Shown here in pieces: positions 1 to 10,153 of a DNA stretch of 64,000 nt. Source of the stretch: Minisyncoccota bacterium (GTDB lineage: Bacteria; Patescibacteriota; Minisyncoccia; UBA6257; JAGOQP01); assembly GCA_041661795.1 (NCBI GenBank), contig JBAZTS010000001.1, positions 39,459-103,458 on the forward strand, read 5' to 3'. Made by a program: the position numbers and the translations under genes. The first letter of the stretch is position 1. Each line of letters begins with the position of its first letter. The notes beneath the pieces are model-generated. The model was not told where the DNA came from. It saw only the letters and a program-made list of their open reading frames with translations, and ran no database searches.

Positions 1-121
1 GGTTGTTTGACAATATACTAAGTGACGCACATTAATGCTTTTACGTCACATACATTATATATAACCCAAAAGGCGTGGTTTGTTTTACAACAGATAAAAC
101 ATACCTTGAATAAAACCAGTG

Positions 122-391
122 TTATTTAAACAATCCTCCCAACCAACTGAACACATCAATTAAAACATTAAAAAGAATTATAAAAAGTTCAATGATAAAT
201 TTAATCAATTTTATTATCAGTTTAAACACATCTCTAAGCACCACGTTGGCATTGAGCCAGTTAAAGGATATTATCAACCAATGGGATATAAAGTTATAAG
301 CGGATACAAGATAATTCCAAATATCCTCTTTTTTTAAGAACTCTATCACCGGATAAAAGAATTTATTAAAAAAATCCCCCAAATTATTCAT
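122..391 (-). CDS. small hypothetical membrane protein
   Basis: 89-aa hydrophobic/amphipathic ORF directly downstream of the M23 gene on the same strand. Confidence 0.6.
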   Translation of the reverse strand: MNNLGDFFNKFFYPVIEFLKKEDIWNYLVSAYNFISHWLIISFNWLNANVVLRDVFKLIIKLIKFIIELFIILFNVLIDVFSWLGGLFK

Positions 392-404
392 ATTTAATAT
401 TATA

Positions 405-1673
405 CTACAATGAAAGATAATTTCTTGGATTTAGGTCTCCACCAACGGGCATTTTAGGTCCGCAAGAAACACTTGGTCCGACTTTAAATGTTTCTGAGTC
501 ATAAACGGTAAAATGAAGATGAGGCCCAGTGGCATATCCGGTTTTACCTAAATATCCTATAATTTGTCCCCTACTGATTTTATCTCCTTCGTTGACTGTA
601 TACATGGAAAGATGAGCGTATAAAGTGGTTAATCCCATAAAATGTTTTATGGCCACATATTTTCCATAAGCGCCTTTATAGCAATACCTATCTTGGTTTT
701 CAACAGCTACAACTATTCCGTCAGCTGAAGCGTAAATTGGATCTCCAAGCGGACCTCCAAAATCCAAACCATTGTGCCATTTGCCTTTATAGGCCTTTTG
801 AGCGAACTTTGTTGCTCCGTGTTCTTGAGTAACCCTAACTGTATTAACAGGAAGCCCCAAAAGTCCGGGAAGGTTTTTAGGAAGATTTTTATAATTAATC
901 TGAGACCTAAGCTCTGTTTCCATCTTTTCTATTTCCAAAGCTATATCCAACTGCTTCTTTTCCAATTCTTTTAATGAATCTTGATACACTTTTTCTTTGT
1001 TTTTGGTTTCTTGTAAAAATTCATTTTTCTCGCTCTTTAGATCATCGGCTATTGTTTTTTTGTTCTGTAAAGTATTACGTTCAATCTCTTTGTTGTTTTT
1101 AGTAACGAAGGTTTTATCAAGAGATTTATTTAATTTTTCCTTAGAAACATTTAATTCTTCTATTTTAAGAATCAAGTTATTATTAAAATCTTGCAGTGAT
1201 TGAATCTCGGAAATACTTTCTGACAGAGTTTTATTTTTCAAAAGCAGAAATAAAATTCCATCTCTATCCTTGTCCTGAACTTGTCGTAAAACCTCTCCTA
1301 AAGCAGATTGTTTTACATCCACCTCTTCTTCCGATTTGGATATATCATCTTGTAAAGACACAACCTCTAAATCAAGTTTTTCAATGGTTATTTTGCTGGA
1401 TTTTATATTCAGGTCTATTGCTTTAATATTTGAGTCAATCTTTTTAACTTCATTTGCCAAAGAATTTTTCTGACTTTGGGTTTCTTCCAACTTCTTTTGT
1501 TGTTGGATGATTTCATTATTTATTTCTTTGAGCTCCTGACTTTTTGCTTCAATTTTGGCTTCAACTTCATCTTTATTCGTTTGTTGAGCCAAAACTAAGC
1601 CCGGAGAAGAGATTGATGTCAGCACTAAAGAAACAAAAAATATTCTTGTTATAAAAAATAATTTATTCTTCAT
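405..1673 (-). CDS. M23-family peptidase with coiled coil (EnvC/murein hydrolase activator-like)
   Basis: Signal peptide, long coiled coil, C-terminal HNGLD, YAHL and TGPHLHF motifs. Confidence 0.9.
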   Translation of the reverse strand: MKNKLFFITRIFFVSLVLTSISSPGLVLAQQTNKDEVEAKIEAKSQELKEINNEIIQQQKKLEETQSQKNSLANEVKKIDSNIKAIDLNIKSSKITIEKLDLEVVSLQDDISKSEEEVDVKQSALGEVLRQVQDKDRDGILFLLLKNKTLSESISEIQSLQDFNNNLILKIEELNVSKEKLNKSLDKTFVTKNNKEIERNTLQNKKTIADDLKSEKNEFLQETKNKEKVYQDSLKELEKKQLDIALEIEKMETELRSQINYKNLPKNLPGLLGLPVNTVRVTQEHGATKFAQKAYKGKWHNGLDFGGPLGDPIYASADGIVVAVENQDRYCYKGAYGKYVAIKHFMGLTTLYAHLSMYTVNEGDKISRGQIIGYLGKTGYATGPHLHFTVYDSETFKVGPSVSCGPKMPVGGDLNPRNYLSL

Positions 1674-3132
1674 TTTTAGAAATTAAAGACGCTTTTGTTA
1701 TCGCTTCGTCAATTCTTTTCAATGATTCTTTTTCTCCTAGAACTTCCATGATTTCAAATGGTCCGGGAGAATTTTTCTTTCCAGAAAGAGCTACTCTTAG
1801 AGGCCAAAGCATCTCTCCCCTACCCAGAGCATCGGCAAGAGACATAAGCTTTTCTTCAAGGATTAACTTTGTAAAATCTTTTTCTTTAACTTTTTCAATT
1901 TCGGACTTGACGTTATTAAGATTGGTAACAACATTATTAAAGGACATTCCCTGCCATTTTAAAAGTTCTACGTCCAATTCCCCTCTTTCAAAAAAGAATT
2001 GAGCTAATTCTTTAAAATCGGAAAGTTTTACTAATCTGTCTCTCTCTACAGCTAACGCTCTTTTTAATTTTTCTTTATCTTCAAGCCATTCCTTTGGAAT
2101 AAAATCTTTTATTTTTTTAAATAATTCATTTAAGGGAATATTTTTTATGTACTGGGAATTAAACCAATCCAACTTTTCAACATTAAATATAGCTCCTCCT
2201 TTCTGGACTCTTCTTAAACTGAATTTGGATATTATCTCGTCTATATCCATGATCTCTTTATCGTCTTCTGGATGCCATCCCAATAATATCAAAAAGTTCA
2301 GAAGCGCTTGAGGTAAATATCCTTCTTTAAGGTATTCAACAAAAGATGTCTCCATTTTTCTTTTGGACATCTTGCTTCTGTCGGGAGCCAAAACCAAAGG
2401 CAAGTGGGCATATTTAATTTCTTCAAATCCAAAAGCTCTCTGAATTAAAATTTGTCTGGGAGTGTTGGGAATATGATCTTCGCCCCTGATAACATGGGAA
2501 ATTTTCATTAGATAGTCATCTATAACGACGGCCAGGTTGTACAAAGGTGATTGCAAGTCCTTGGCAATCACAAAATCATCTATCGTGTCCGAGCTGGTAG
2601 AAATTTTACCTCTAATAATATCGCTGAATTCAATATTTAACCCCGAAGGCACCGCCAATCTGATAATTCCATTATTTCCATCTTTTATATTTTGCTTAAT
2701 TTCATCTTCACTAAGAGATCTGCATTTTCCGCTGTATTTTGGAAAAATTCCGGAAGCTAACATGGCTTTTCTTTCTTCATCTAAATCCTCTTTACTGCAA
2801 AAACACCAGTAGGCCTGCTTGTTATCAACTAGTTTTTCTATATATTCTTTATAAATCTCACCTCTTTCGCTCTGCCTATAGGGAGCAAAATCACCTCCAA
2901 CGTCCGGTCCCTCATCCCAATCGATTCCAACCATCTTCAAGCCAGCTAAAATATCTTCCTCATAGATAGGTAAGGATCTGGAGGTATCCGTGTCTTCCAT
3001 TCTGACTATAAACTTACCACCCTCTTTCTTGGCAAAAACATAATTAACCAGGGCTGTTCTCATAGTCCCTAGATGCAAATAACCCGTAGGAGAGGGCGCT
3101 ATTCTCACTCTAATGTCATCATTTTCAGCCAT
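1663..3132 (-). CDS. gltX: glutamate--tRNA ligase
   Basis: RIAPSPTGYLHLG, RMEDTD, HVIRGEDH and KMSKR motifs. Confidence 0.97.
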   Translation of the reverse strand: MAENDDIRVRIAPSPTGYLHLGTMRTALVNYVFAKKEGGKFIVRMEDTDTSRSLPIYEEDILAGLKMVGIDWDEGPDVGGDFAPYRQSERGEIYKEYIEKLVDNKQAYWCFCSKEDLDEERKAMLASGIFPKYSGKCRSLSEDEIKQNIKDGNNGIIRLAVPSGLNIEFSDIIRGKISTSSDTIDDFVIAKDLQSPLYNLAVVIDDYLMKISHVIRGEDHIPNTPRQILIQRAFGFEEIKYAHLPLVLAPDRSKMSKRKMETSFVEYLKEGYLPQALLNFLILLGWHPEDDKEIMDIDEIISKFSLRRVQKGGAIFNVEKLDWFNSQYIKNIPLNELFKKIKDFIPKEWLEDKEKLKRALAVERDRLVKLSDFKELAQFFFERGELDVELLKWQGMSFNNVVTNLNNVKSEIEKVKEKDFTKLILEEKLMSLADALGRGEMLWPLRVALSGKKNSPGPFEIMEVLGEKESLKRIDEAITKASLISKNEE

Positions 3133-3172
3133 TTTTGTATTATATCACAAAAATAGCAGGAATAAAGATCAA

Positions 3173-4321
3173 TTACTTAGAAACAGCCAATCTTACCAGT
3201 TCTTGGGCTATAACTAAGGCCGCTTGGGGCTTGGCAAAGCTTTCGGAGGCCTCCGACATTTTTTGACTCTTTTGCTTATTTAAAAGAATCATGTCCATCT
3301 GGATAAAAAATAATGATGGTTTGAGGTTGTCTTCCTCAATAACTAAAGCGGCTCCAGTTTTAGCGTATTCATATGCATTATATGACTGATGGTTTCTGGC
3401 CGATTCTTTAAGAGGAATTAGAATAGACGGTTTTCTAACCATGGCTATTTCAAATATAGAACTGCTTCCTGAACGAGATATTATTAAATCTGAAGCGATC
3501 ATGGCTTCTTTGATATCCTTTTTTAGAAAATCAACAATTTTGTATCTGGCTTTTTCCTCAGGAATCAAATTCTTGGTAGCCACAGCAATCTCTGCTTTAA
3601 AAGAGGCAAAATTTTCCATTCCCACCTGATGAAGAACTTGATATTTAGAAACAAGCTCTTTGATATTATCCAGGAGAAAATCGTTTATTCTGACAGCTCC
3701 TTGAGAACCTCCCAAAATCAATATCAATGGTAAATCGCTTTCAAAACCAAACATTCTTTTGGCTTTTTTCGGGTCTAAGTCCTTATCTTCTTCCAGAAAA
3801 AGAGATCTGACCGGATTTCCTACAACAGCCACTCGAGGACCGGAAATAAAATCAAGAGATTTGGAAAATGACAGAGCAATCCTTCTGGCCATCTTAAAAG
3901 ATAAAGAATTTGTCGCTCCCGGAATAGAATCTGACTCGTGGACAAATATGGGAACATTAAATATATAACAGGCAATAACTACCGACAAAGCTCCGGTGCC
4001 TCCTTTAGAAAAAATAACATCAGGCATTACTCTAAAAATTTTCCAAAGGGCTTGAAGAACCGAAAATGGAAATTTGATGATATCAATTATGTTTTCCAGT
4101 GAAAAATACCTCCTAATCTTAAAACCAATAATGGGCATGATTTTTATTCCCAAAGAAACAAAATCCGCTCTAAAAATTCCAGGGTCACCAAAATAAAAAA
4201 GTTCAAAGGTATTATCTTTTTGATAAGAAATGATTTTCCTAGCTTCTCCGGCTACAGCTAAAAGAGGATTTATATGTCCCCCACTCCCTCCTCCAGTAAA
4301 AGCTATTCTGATATTTCTCAT
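3173..4321 (-). CDS. murG: MurG lipid II GlcNAc transferase (GT28)
   Basis: TGGGSGGH, GNPVR, GGSQGA, SRSG and HQ..NA motifs; adjacent to ftsW. Confidence 0.95.
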   Translation of the reverse strand: MRNIRIAFTGGGSGGHINPLLAVAGEARKIISYQKDNTFELFYFGDPGIFRADFVSLGIKIMPIIGFKIRRYFSLENIIDIIKFPFSVLQALWKIFRVMPDVIFSKGGTGALSVVIACYIFNVPIFVHESDSIPGATNSLSFKMARRIALSFSKSLDFISGPRVAVVGNPVRSLFLEEDKDLDPKKAKRMFGFESDLPLILILGGSQGAVRINDFLLDNIKELVSKYQVLHQVGMENFASFKAEIAVATKNLIPEEKARYKIVDFLKKDIKEAMIASDLIISRSGSSSIFEIAMVRKPSILIPLKESARNHQSYNAYEYAKTGAALVIEEDNLKPSLFFIQMDMILLNKQKSQKMSEASESFAKPQAALVIAQELVRLAVSK

Positions 4322-4348
4322 GTTTAGATTATATCATAATTTAAGCAG

Positions 4349-4445
4349 TTTCATAAAAGGTTTTGAGACCGTGCGGAGGCCGACGGGCTGAGCTTGAGGG
4401 ATTTTTTAGCAGAAAAATACCCGTGTCTCAAAACCCTTTATGAAA
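4349..4445. repeat. 97-bp element with 21-bp terminal inverted repeats (MITE/REP-like)
   Basis: tttcataaaaggttttgagac (4349-4369) matches the reverse complement of 4425-4445 at 20/21; GC-rich interior. Confidence 0.75.
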
Positions 4446-4450
4446 TAGCG

Positions 4451-5608
4451 TCATATCAACGAAGAACGTTTAGAAATACCCGCAATAATGCCAAACATAG
4501 TCAAGGTAACCGCCAGAGATGTTCCTCCATAACTAATAAGAGGCAAAGGAACTCCGGTAAATGGTAAAAGCCCTGAATTAGCCGCTATATGAATTATTGC
4601 CTGGATGGAAATAACCGAAATAAATCCTAAAACGCAAAGCTTAGCAAAATCATCATGGCTTTTTTTGACTATATAAGTTCCCTTCCAAAAAATAAGAGCG
4701 TAAAGAAAAATGATAAAAACAGAGCCGATAAACCCAAATTCTTCTCCAATAACGGCAAAAATTGAATCTCCCATGGGTTCAGGTAGAAGATTATATTTAC
4801 TGGTTGATTGCCCGAATCCGACCCCAGTGAGTCCTCCGCTACCTATAGCCATTTTTGACTGGTCAATATGAAAAGTATCAGTTGCCTCAATATTAATTTT
4901 AAAAGAAGGAACTGCGCCTCCGATAGTAGAATTCCAGAATGGAGCAAAACGATAAAATCTATATGGAGTGACTGCCACTAAAAAACCAATCAAAACAACA
5001 CCAATAAGACCAGTCAGTAAAAGTTGTTTTACGGGAGCTCCGCTGTAAATATACATAACTACTCCGGATGCCAAAATTATAACAGCCATGGTAGTTGCCG
5101 GTTGTAAGAATATTAGTCCTCCGGCAATAGCGCAAACAAAAACAAATAAAAAATAAGCTTTCCATCCCTGCTTTAGATTTTTCATATGTGAACTGGAAAG
5201 TAAGGAGGCCAGATAAATAATAAAAGTTATTTTTAAGAATTCCGAGGGTTGGAAAGAAAGTGGACCTAAATTAATCCATCTAAAAGACCCGTGGGCTTGA
5301 TAACCAAGCGGAGTAAAAACCGCCACCAAAAGAAATATGTTTATAAGAAAAAGAAAAGGGGCAAACTTTTTTAAATAGCGATAGTAGATAAAATAACCCA
5401 GAAGAAATCCGGCAACTCCGGGCAAAAATCCCTTTAAAAATTGTCCCTTAATGAAATGATAAGTGTCGTTGAATTTTATTTTACCCAAATCCGAAGAAGC
5501 AGAAGAAAGAATTAAAAAACCGGCCAACAACAAAAAAAATAACGCTCCTAGAATAATATAATCGGGATGATGGCCCGAGAGCAATGATTTTCTTTTCCTA
5601 AAAAACAT
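4451..5608 (-). CDS. ftsW: SEDS family peptidoglycan polymerase FtsW
   Basis: RWI..GPLSFQPSEFLK, GEEFGFIG and TGVPLPLISYGGTS; multiple TM helices; next to murG. Confidence 0.93.
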   Translation of the reverse strand: MFFRKRKSLLSGHHPDYIILGALFFLLLAGFLILSSASSDLGKIKFNDTYHFIKGQFLKGFLPGVAGFLLGYFIYYRYLKKFAPFLFLINIFLLVAVFTPLGYQAHGSFRWINLGPLSFQPSEFLKITFIIYLASLLSSSHMKNLKQGWKAYFLFVFVCAIAGGLIFLQPATTMAVIILASGVVMYIYSGAPVKQLLLTGLIGVVLIGFLVAVTPYRFYRFAPFWNSTIGGAVPSFKINIEATDTFHIDQSKMAIGSGGLTGVGFGQSTSKYNLLPEPMGDSIFAVIGEEFGFIGSVFIIFLYALIFWKGTYIVKKSHDDFAKLCVLGFISVISIQAIIHIAANSGLLPFTGVPLPLISYGGTSLAVTLTMFGIIAGISKRSSLI

Positions 5609-5676
5609 AAATCAGCTAATATCTAATCTGTACTAATTTACTAATTATAAAATTCCTATTCGTTTATTTGTATCTA

Positions 5677-7197
5677 TTAGTTATTGGTTGATTTTCTCAA
5701 TACTTTTCCGCCTCCTTTGAAGTTTTTATTAAACTGACTATTCTCAACAGCCATCTGACCATTAATCATTACCATAGAAATATCAAAATCTTTATTCATT
5801 AAAACCAAATCGGCAAAATAACCACTACTAATAAAGCCCCTTCCGTCCAAGTTTAATATTTTGGCTGGAAGTCCCGAGACCTTTGAAACCGCCTTTTCAA
5901 TACTCAATCCAAACCCCGAGGCCTTCTTAAAAAACTCCGGAAATGTTTGATAAGATCTTTGGGGCTTAAAGGATAAAAGCGTATCGTCAAAATTAGGACT
6001 ATTTGAAGAAATTAAAGAACGAGGTGAAAGAATGGCCTTTTCTATCTCTTTTTGGTTGAGATTTTCATAGAATATTACTCCTCTCAACTTAGTTGCCTCC
6101 ATTAGGGAAACAATTGATTTAGATGCCGGAATATCTCTGTTTTGGGCAAATTCGTAAAGGGTCTTTCCATTTAGGAATTCAACTCCGGGAGCGTTTAATA
6201 TAATCACTTTCTGCGGGTCAATTTTTGGAAATTCATCAATAAATTTTTTAGCTATTTCTTTGTCTTTTATTTTTTCCAACACCAATCCCCTGTCTCTGTT
6301 TTTAAAAGAATCTGGGATAAAAGAATCAATGGGAACGGCGCTTGAGGAAAATGGGTTGGCGTCAAAATAAACTTGGGCGGTGGCAATATTTTCCTCTATA
6401 ATTTTTATTGATTCTTCAAATCCTTTTTCAAATCCAAAAAAGGGTCTTAAGTGACTGATAATTCCGGTTATTCCCAATTCACGACTCAGTTTAATAACTT
6501 CCTGAACAGAATCAACGATGGCCAGTTTTTCATTTTTTAAATGAACGGTAAAAAAACCTTTTGATTTCTTAACAGCGTCCAAAAGAGCTCTTATCTCATA
6601 ATAAGTAGTTTGTTGATAAGGAAAATATCCAAGACCAAATGATAAGCCGAAAGCTCCCTCGGACATGGCTTCCAAAACAACTGATCTAAAAACCCTAAGT
6701 TCATTAGCGGTAAGATTTCTAAACTCTTCCCGTTCTTTTATAATATCTTGCCTAATAACCATATGTCCGGCCATTGTTCCGATATTGACTCCGGGTTTTA
6801 TATTTTTTTCAAGAACATTTAAAAATTCTTTTACTTTCTTCCAGTTGATATTGACGTGATTTGTTTTTGACCAGCTCCAAAAATGGTCCAGTGAACCATA
6901 GAAAGATGGCGCCAAAGAAAATCCGCAATGACCAATAAGAGCGCTGGTTATACCTTGAGAAAGAAAATCTTTATGCAAAGGAGAAGAAAATAAAGTCATA
7001 TATCTATCAGAACTGGCATTCATGTCAATAAATCCGGGGAAAAGATACGACTCGTTTCCAAATATTATTTTATCGGCTTTGTATGAAGGAAAACTTCCAA
7101 TGGCCGCTATTTTTTCATCTCTTATTAAAACATCTCCTTTGAAAGGAGCTTTACCGCTTCCATCAACTAAAACTATGTTTTTGATTAAAGTGGTCAT
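5677..7197 (-). CDS. N-acyl-D-amino-acid deacylase-like amidohydrolase (metal ligands degenerate)
   Basis: N-terminal VDGSG..DVLI, PGFID and C-terminal RGFI..GYFADLV; the HxH motif is missing. Confidence 0.8.
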   Translation of the reverse strand: MTTLIKNIVLVDGSGKAPFKGDVLIRDEKIAAIGSFPSYKADKIIFGNESYLFPGFIDMNASSDRYMTLFSSPLHKDFLSQGITSALIGHCGFSLAPSFYGSLDHFWSWSKTNHVNINWKKVKEFLNVLEKNIKPGVNIGTMAGHMVIRQDIIKEREEFRNLTANELRVFRSVVLEAMSEGAFGLSFGLGYFPYQQTTYYEIRALLDAVKKSKGFFTVHLKNEKLAIVDSVQEVIKLSRELGITGIISHLRPFFGFEKGFEESIKIIEENIATAQVYFDANPFSSSAVPIDSFIPDSFKNRDRGLVLEKIKDKEIAKKFIDEFPKIDPQKVIILNAPGVEFLNGKTLYEFAQNRDIPASKSIVSLMEATKLRGVIFYENLNQKEIEKAILSPRSLISSNSPNFDDTLLSFKPQRSYQTFPEFFKKASGFGLSIEKAVSKVSGLPAKILNLDGRGFISSGYFADLVLMNKDFDISMVMINGQMAVENSQFNKNFKGGGKVLRKSTNN

Positions 7198-7326
7198 TAA
7201 ATCGTATTCCGGTCACCGAATACCGTATACCGGATACAACATTTAGTATACAACATATAGAATAAAAATTTAACAATCAAAAAAACCGACGCCTAATTTT
7301 TTGTCAATAAAAGTTCAATAAATTAC

Positions 7327-8574
7327 TTAATTAGTACCAAAGCTATTTTCTATTATTTCAAATCCCGTGTATTTCTGTAAAGCTTTAGGAATTAAAACAC
7401 TTCCATCTTCTTGCTGATTGTTTTCTAGGATAGCTATTATTGTTCTTCCGATAACTATGCCAGTGGCGTTTAAGGCGTGGACATATTGATTCTTGTCACC
7501 TACCTTGATTTTTGCTCCTATTCCTCTGGTTTGATAATCAGTAGTGTTTGAACAGGAAGCCACCTCTCTATATGTTTTTTGCGAAGGAACCCAGGCCTCT
7601 ATATCAAACTGTCTGGCATCTGTCGGACCCATATCACCGGTACAGATTTCAACAACTCTGTAAGGTATATCCAATCCTCCCCATATCTTTTCCTGCATTG
7701 AAAGTAAAAACATATGTTCTTCTTCGGATTTTTCTGGATGTGAAAAAGAGTACATTTCAACTTTATCAAATTGGTGAACTCTTAAAATTCCTTTCACATC
7801 TTTTCCATAACTTCCCGCTTCCCTTCTAAAACAAGTTGAAAAACCAACGTATCTTTTGGGTAAATCCTCTTCTTTGAAAACTTTATCCATTCCCAACGGT
7901 CCCATGGTATGTTCGGCGCTTCCCACTAAATATACATCGTCTTTTTCCAGATAAAATCTTTCTTCTTTTTGATTTTCCGAAAGACGCCCCATTTTTTTAT
8001 AAACATCCGGTTTTATCATTACCGGAGGCACAACCGCCTCAAATCCTTCTTTAACCAAAAGATTAAGAGCGTATTGAATCAGAGCAAATTCCAAAAGAGC
8101 TCCTTGTTTTTTTAAATAAGCGAACCTACTTCCGGAAACTTGTGAGGCGGTTTTGGTATCAATAATATCCAACGCCTCTCCTATATCCAAATGGTCTTTG
8201 GGTTCAAAATCAAATTTAGGAATATCCCCCACTGTTTTTATTGATTTATTTTCAGATTCGTCTTTTCCTTTTAAAACATCACCAAAAGGAATATTGGGAA
8301 ATTCTAAAATTAATTCATATCTTCTTCCTTCAATCTGAGCGATTTCACTCTCTTTATCTTTTATTATTTCTTTATTTTTCTTGGCTTCCTCTATCTTTTT
8401 CTCGCTGGAAAGTTTGTTTTGAAGGGCTCTGGCCTCATCCAATTGGCTTGTTAATTTTCTCCAGTCCTCATCAACGGCCAAAAACTGATCAACTAGTTCT
8501 GTTTGCATATTTCGAGCCACAAGCATTTCTCTTATTTTGTCGGGATTTTTTCTAACAATTTCAATATCAATCAT
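7327..8574 (-). CDS. serS: serine--tRNA ligase
   Basis: N-terminal coiled coil, CFRREAG, GILRVHQFDKVE and SCSNTTDYQ. Confidence 0.97.
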   Translation of the reverse strand: MIDIEIVRKNPDKIREMLVARNMQTELVDQFLAVDEDWRKLTSQLDEARALQNKLSSEKKIEEAKKNKEIIKDKESEIAQIEGRRYELILEFPNIPFGDVLKGKDESENKSIKTVGDIPKFDFEPKDHLDIGEALDIIDTKTASQVSGSRFAYLKKQGALLEFALIQYALNLLVKEGFEAVVPPVMIKPDVYKKMGRLSENQKEERFYLEKDDVYLVGSAEHTMGPLGMDKVFKEEDLPKRYVGFSTCFRREAGSYGKDVKGILRVHQFDKVEMYSFSHPEKSEEEHMFLLSMQEKIWGGLDIPYRVVEICTGDMGPTDARQFDIEAWVPSQKTYREVASCSNTTDYQTRGIGAKIKVGDKNQYVHALNATGIVIGRTIIAILENNQQEDGSVLIPKALQKYTGFEIIENSFGTN

Positions 8575-8579
8575 ATAAA

Positions 8580-8667
8580 TAGTAGCTAGTGTATAGTAGT
8601 TAGTATATAGGGTTGAGACATACTAATCAATATTCTAATACCAAATACTAATTCCTATATACTAATT
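8580..8667. repeat. inverted pair of degenerate 7-bp tandem repeat tracts
   Basis: agtagct/agtgtat/agtagtt/agtatat followed by complementary accaaat/actaatt/cctatat/actaatt units. Confidence 0.6.
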
Positions 8668-9215
8668 TTAGCGGCTCCCTGTCTCAAGACCTCTATGTCC
8701 CCTTTCTTGTCCAGTTTTATGAGAGTTGAGGGAATATTCTTCGCTTCCTTGCCATCTACATAAAAATCAACTTTATCCCCAAAATATTTTATTGCCTCTT
8801 TTATGTTTGATGCCGGTTTTTGACCTTCCGGATTGGCGCTTGGAGCCGAAATTGGTCCAACTTTCTTTATCAAATCAATCAATTCTTTTTTGGCAGGCAT
8901 TCTAAATGCCAGTGTTTTTGTTCCACGATGAAGATAAGAGAATTTTTTATAGGGACATGGCAATATCACACTAACTTTGTTTGGCCAAATATTTTTCAAA
9001 ATGTTTTTTATCTTTACGTTTGGTTTTACATTAAAGAGTTTTAAATCGTTTATTGAAGATATAAGAATAATAAACGGTTTTTTTGGATTTCTTTTTCTTA
9101 ATTTATACAATTTTTCAACTGATTTTTTGTTAATAGCGGAGCAGACAATACCGTAGATGGTATCTGTTGGGATAACTCCAATTCCGCCATTTTTAAGAAT
9201 GTCAACGATTATCAT
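8655..9215 (-). CDS. tsaC: threonylcarbamoyl-AMP synthase (TsaC/YrdC)
   Basis: PTDTIYG, KR...KP, PSAN and LRQGA motifs. Confidence 0.93.
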   Translation of the reverse strand: MIIVDILKNGGIGVIPTDTIYGIVCSAINKKSVEKLYKLRKRNPKKPFIILISSINDLKLFNVKPNVKIKNILKNIWPNKVSVILPCPYKKFSYLHRGTKTLAFRMPAKKELIDLIKKVGPISAPSANPEGQKPASNIKEAIKYFGDKVDFYVDGKEAKNIPSTLIKLDKKGDIEVLRQGAAKISI

Positions 9216-10153
9216 GGTTTTAATATTTTTTTAACCTCCTTTGTATTTTTAGCGCTCATAAGATCTGAACGAATTTCTTTGGCTTGAGAAAATCCCGAGA
9301 TATATGAAGCCAAGTGTTTTCTTAAATGATGGAAATGTTTAACCCTCTTAAATGTCTTTTCAAAAAGAACAGAGTGTTTTATAGCCAGTCCCTTTCTTTC
9401 TTTTGGAGTTATTTTTTCTATTTCCTTTCCAGAAAATATCCAAGGATTTACCAGAGCTCCTCTTCCTATCATAATTCCGTCAAGATTATATTTTCTGGAT
9501 TTTTCTTGAGCTTCCTTTAATGTTTTTACATCTCCGTTGCCAATAGATATAATTCCGGCTTTTTTTATTATTTTACCAGCTTTTTCTATCTCATCCCAAT
9601 GGGCTGGTACTCTAGACATCTCTTTTTTAGTTCTTCCGTGGACTATAATCGCATCTGGCTTTGCTTTAACAAGTTCTTTTATCCATTTTGCCGTTATTAT
9701 TTTGTCATAACCAATCCTGGTTTTAACTGAAACAGGAAGTCCTCCTGCCCCCTCCTTTGTTCTTTTGATAATCTTTACAGCCAACTTTGGGTTTAATATC
9801 AATGCCGCTCCCCCTCCGTTTTTAACGACTGTTTTATCTGGACATCCCATATTTATATCAATTCCGTCAAATCCCAACTTTTTTATTATTCTGGCTGATT
9901 TATAGAACTTTTCAGGATCACTTCCCCAAATCTGGGCAATAATAGGTTTTTCTTTCTTGGAATACCTAAAATAATGTTCAATTATCTTTTTTTGTGATTT
10001 TGGGTTGCATATTCCGTCCACACAGATAAATTCAGTAAACAAAACATCGGGTTTACCGCATAAACAAATAATCTGCCGAAAAACTGTATCGGTAACGTCG
10101 TGCATTGGAGCCAGCGTCATTATCGGATTTTTTAACTTTTTCCAGGAAAACAT
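9212..10153 (-). CDS. tRNA-dihydrouridine synthase
   Basis: LAPM, DINMGCP, VSVKTRIG, VHGRT, GNGDV and MIGRG motifs. Confidence 0.93.
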   Translation of the reverse strand: MFSWKKLKNPIMTLAPMHDVTDTVFRQIICLCGKPDVLFTEFICVDGICNPKSQKKIIEHYFRYSKKEKPIIAQIWGSDPEKFYKSARIIKKLGFDGIDINMGCPDKTVVKNGGGAALILNPKLAVKIIKRTKEGAGGLPVSVKTRIGYDKIITAKWIKELVKAKPDAIIVHGRTKKEMSRVPAHWDEIEKAGKIIKKAGIISIGNGDVKTLKEAQEKSRKYNLDGIMIGRGALVNPWIFSGKEIEKITPKERKGLAIKHSVLFEKTFKRVKHFHHLRKHLASYISGFSQAKEIRSDLMSAKNTKEVKKILKP

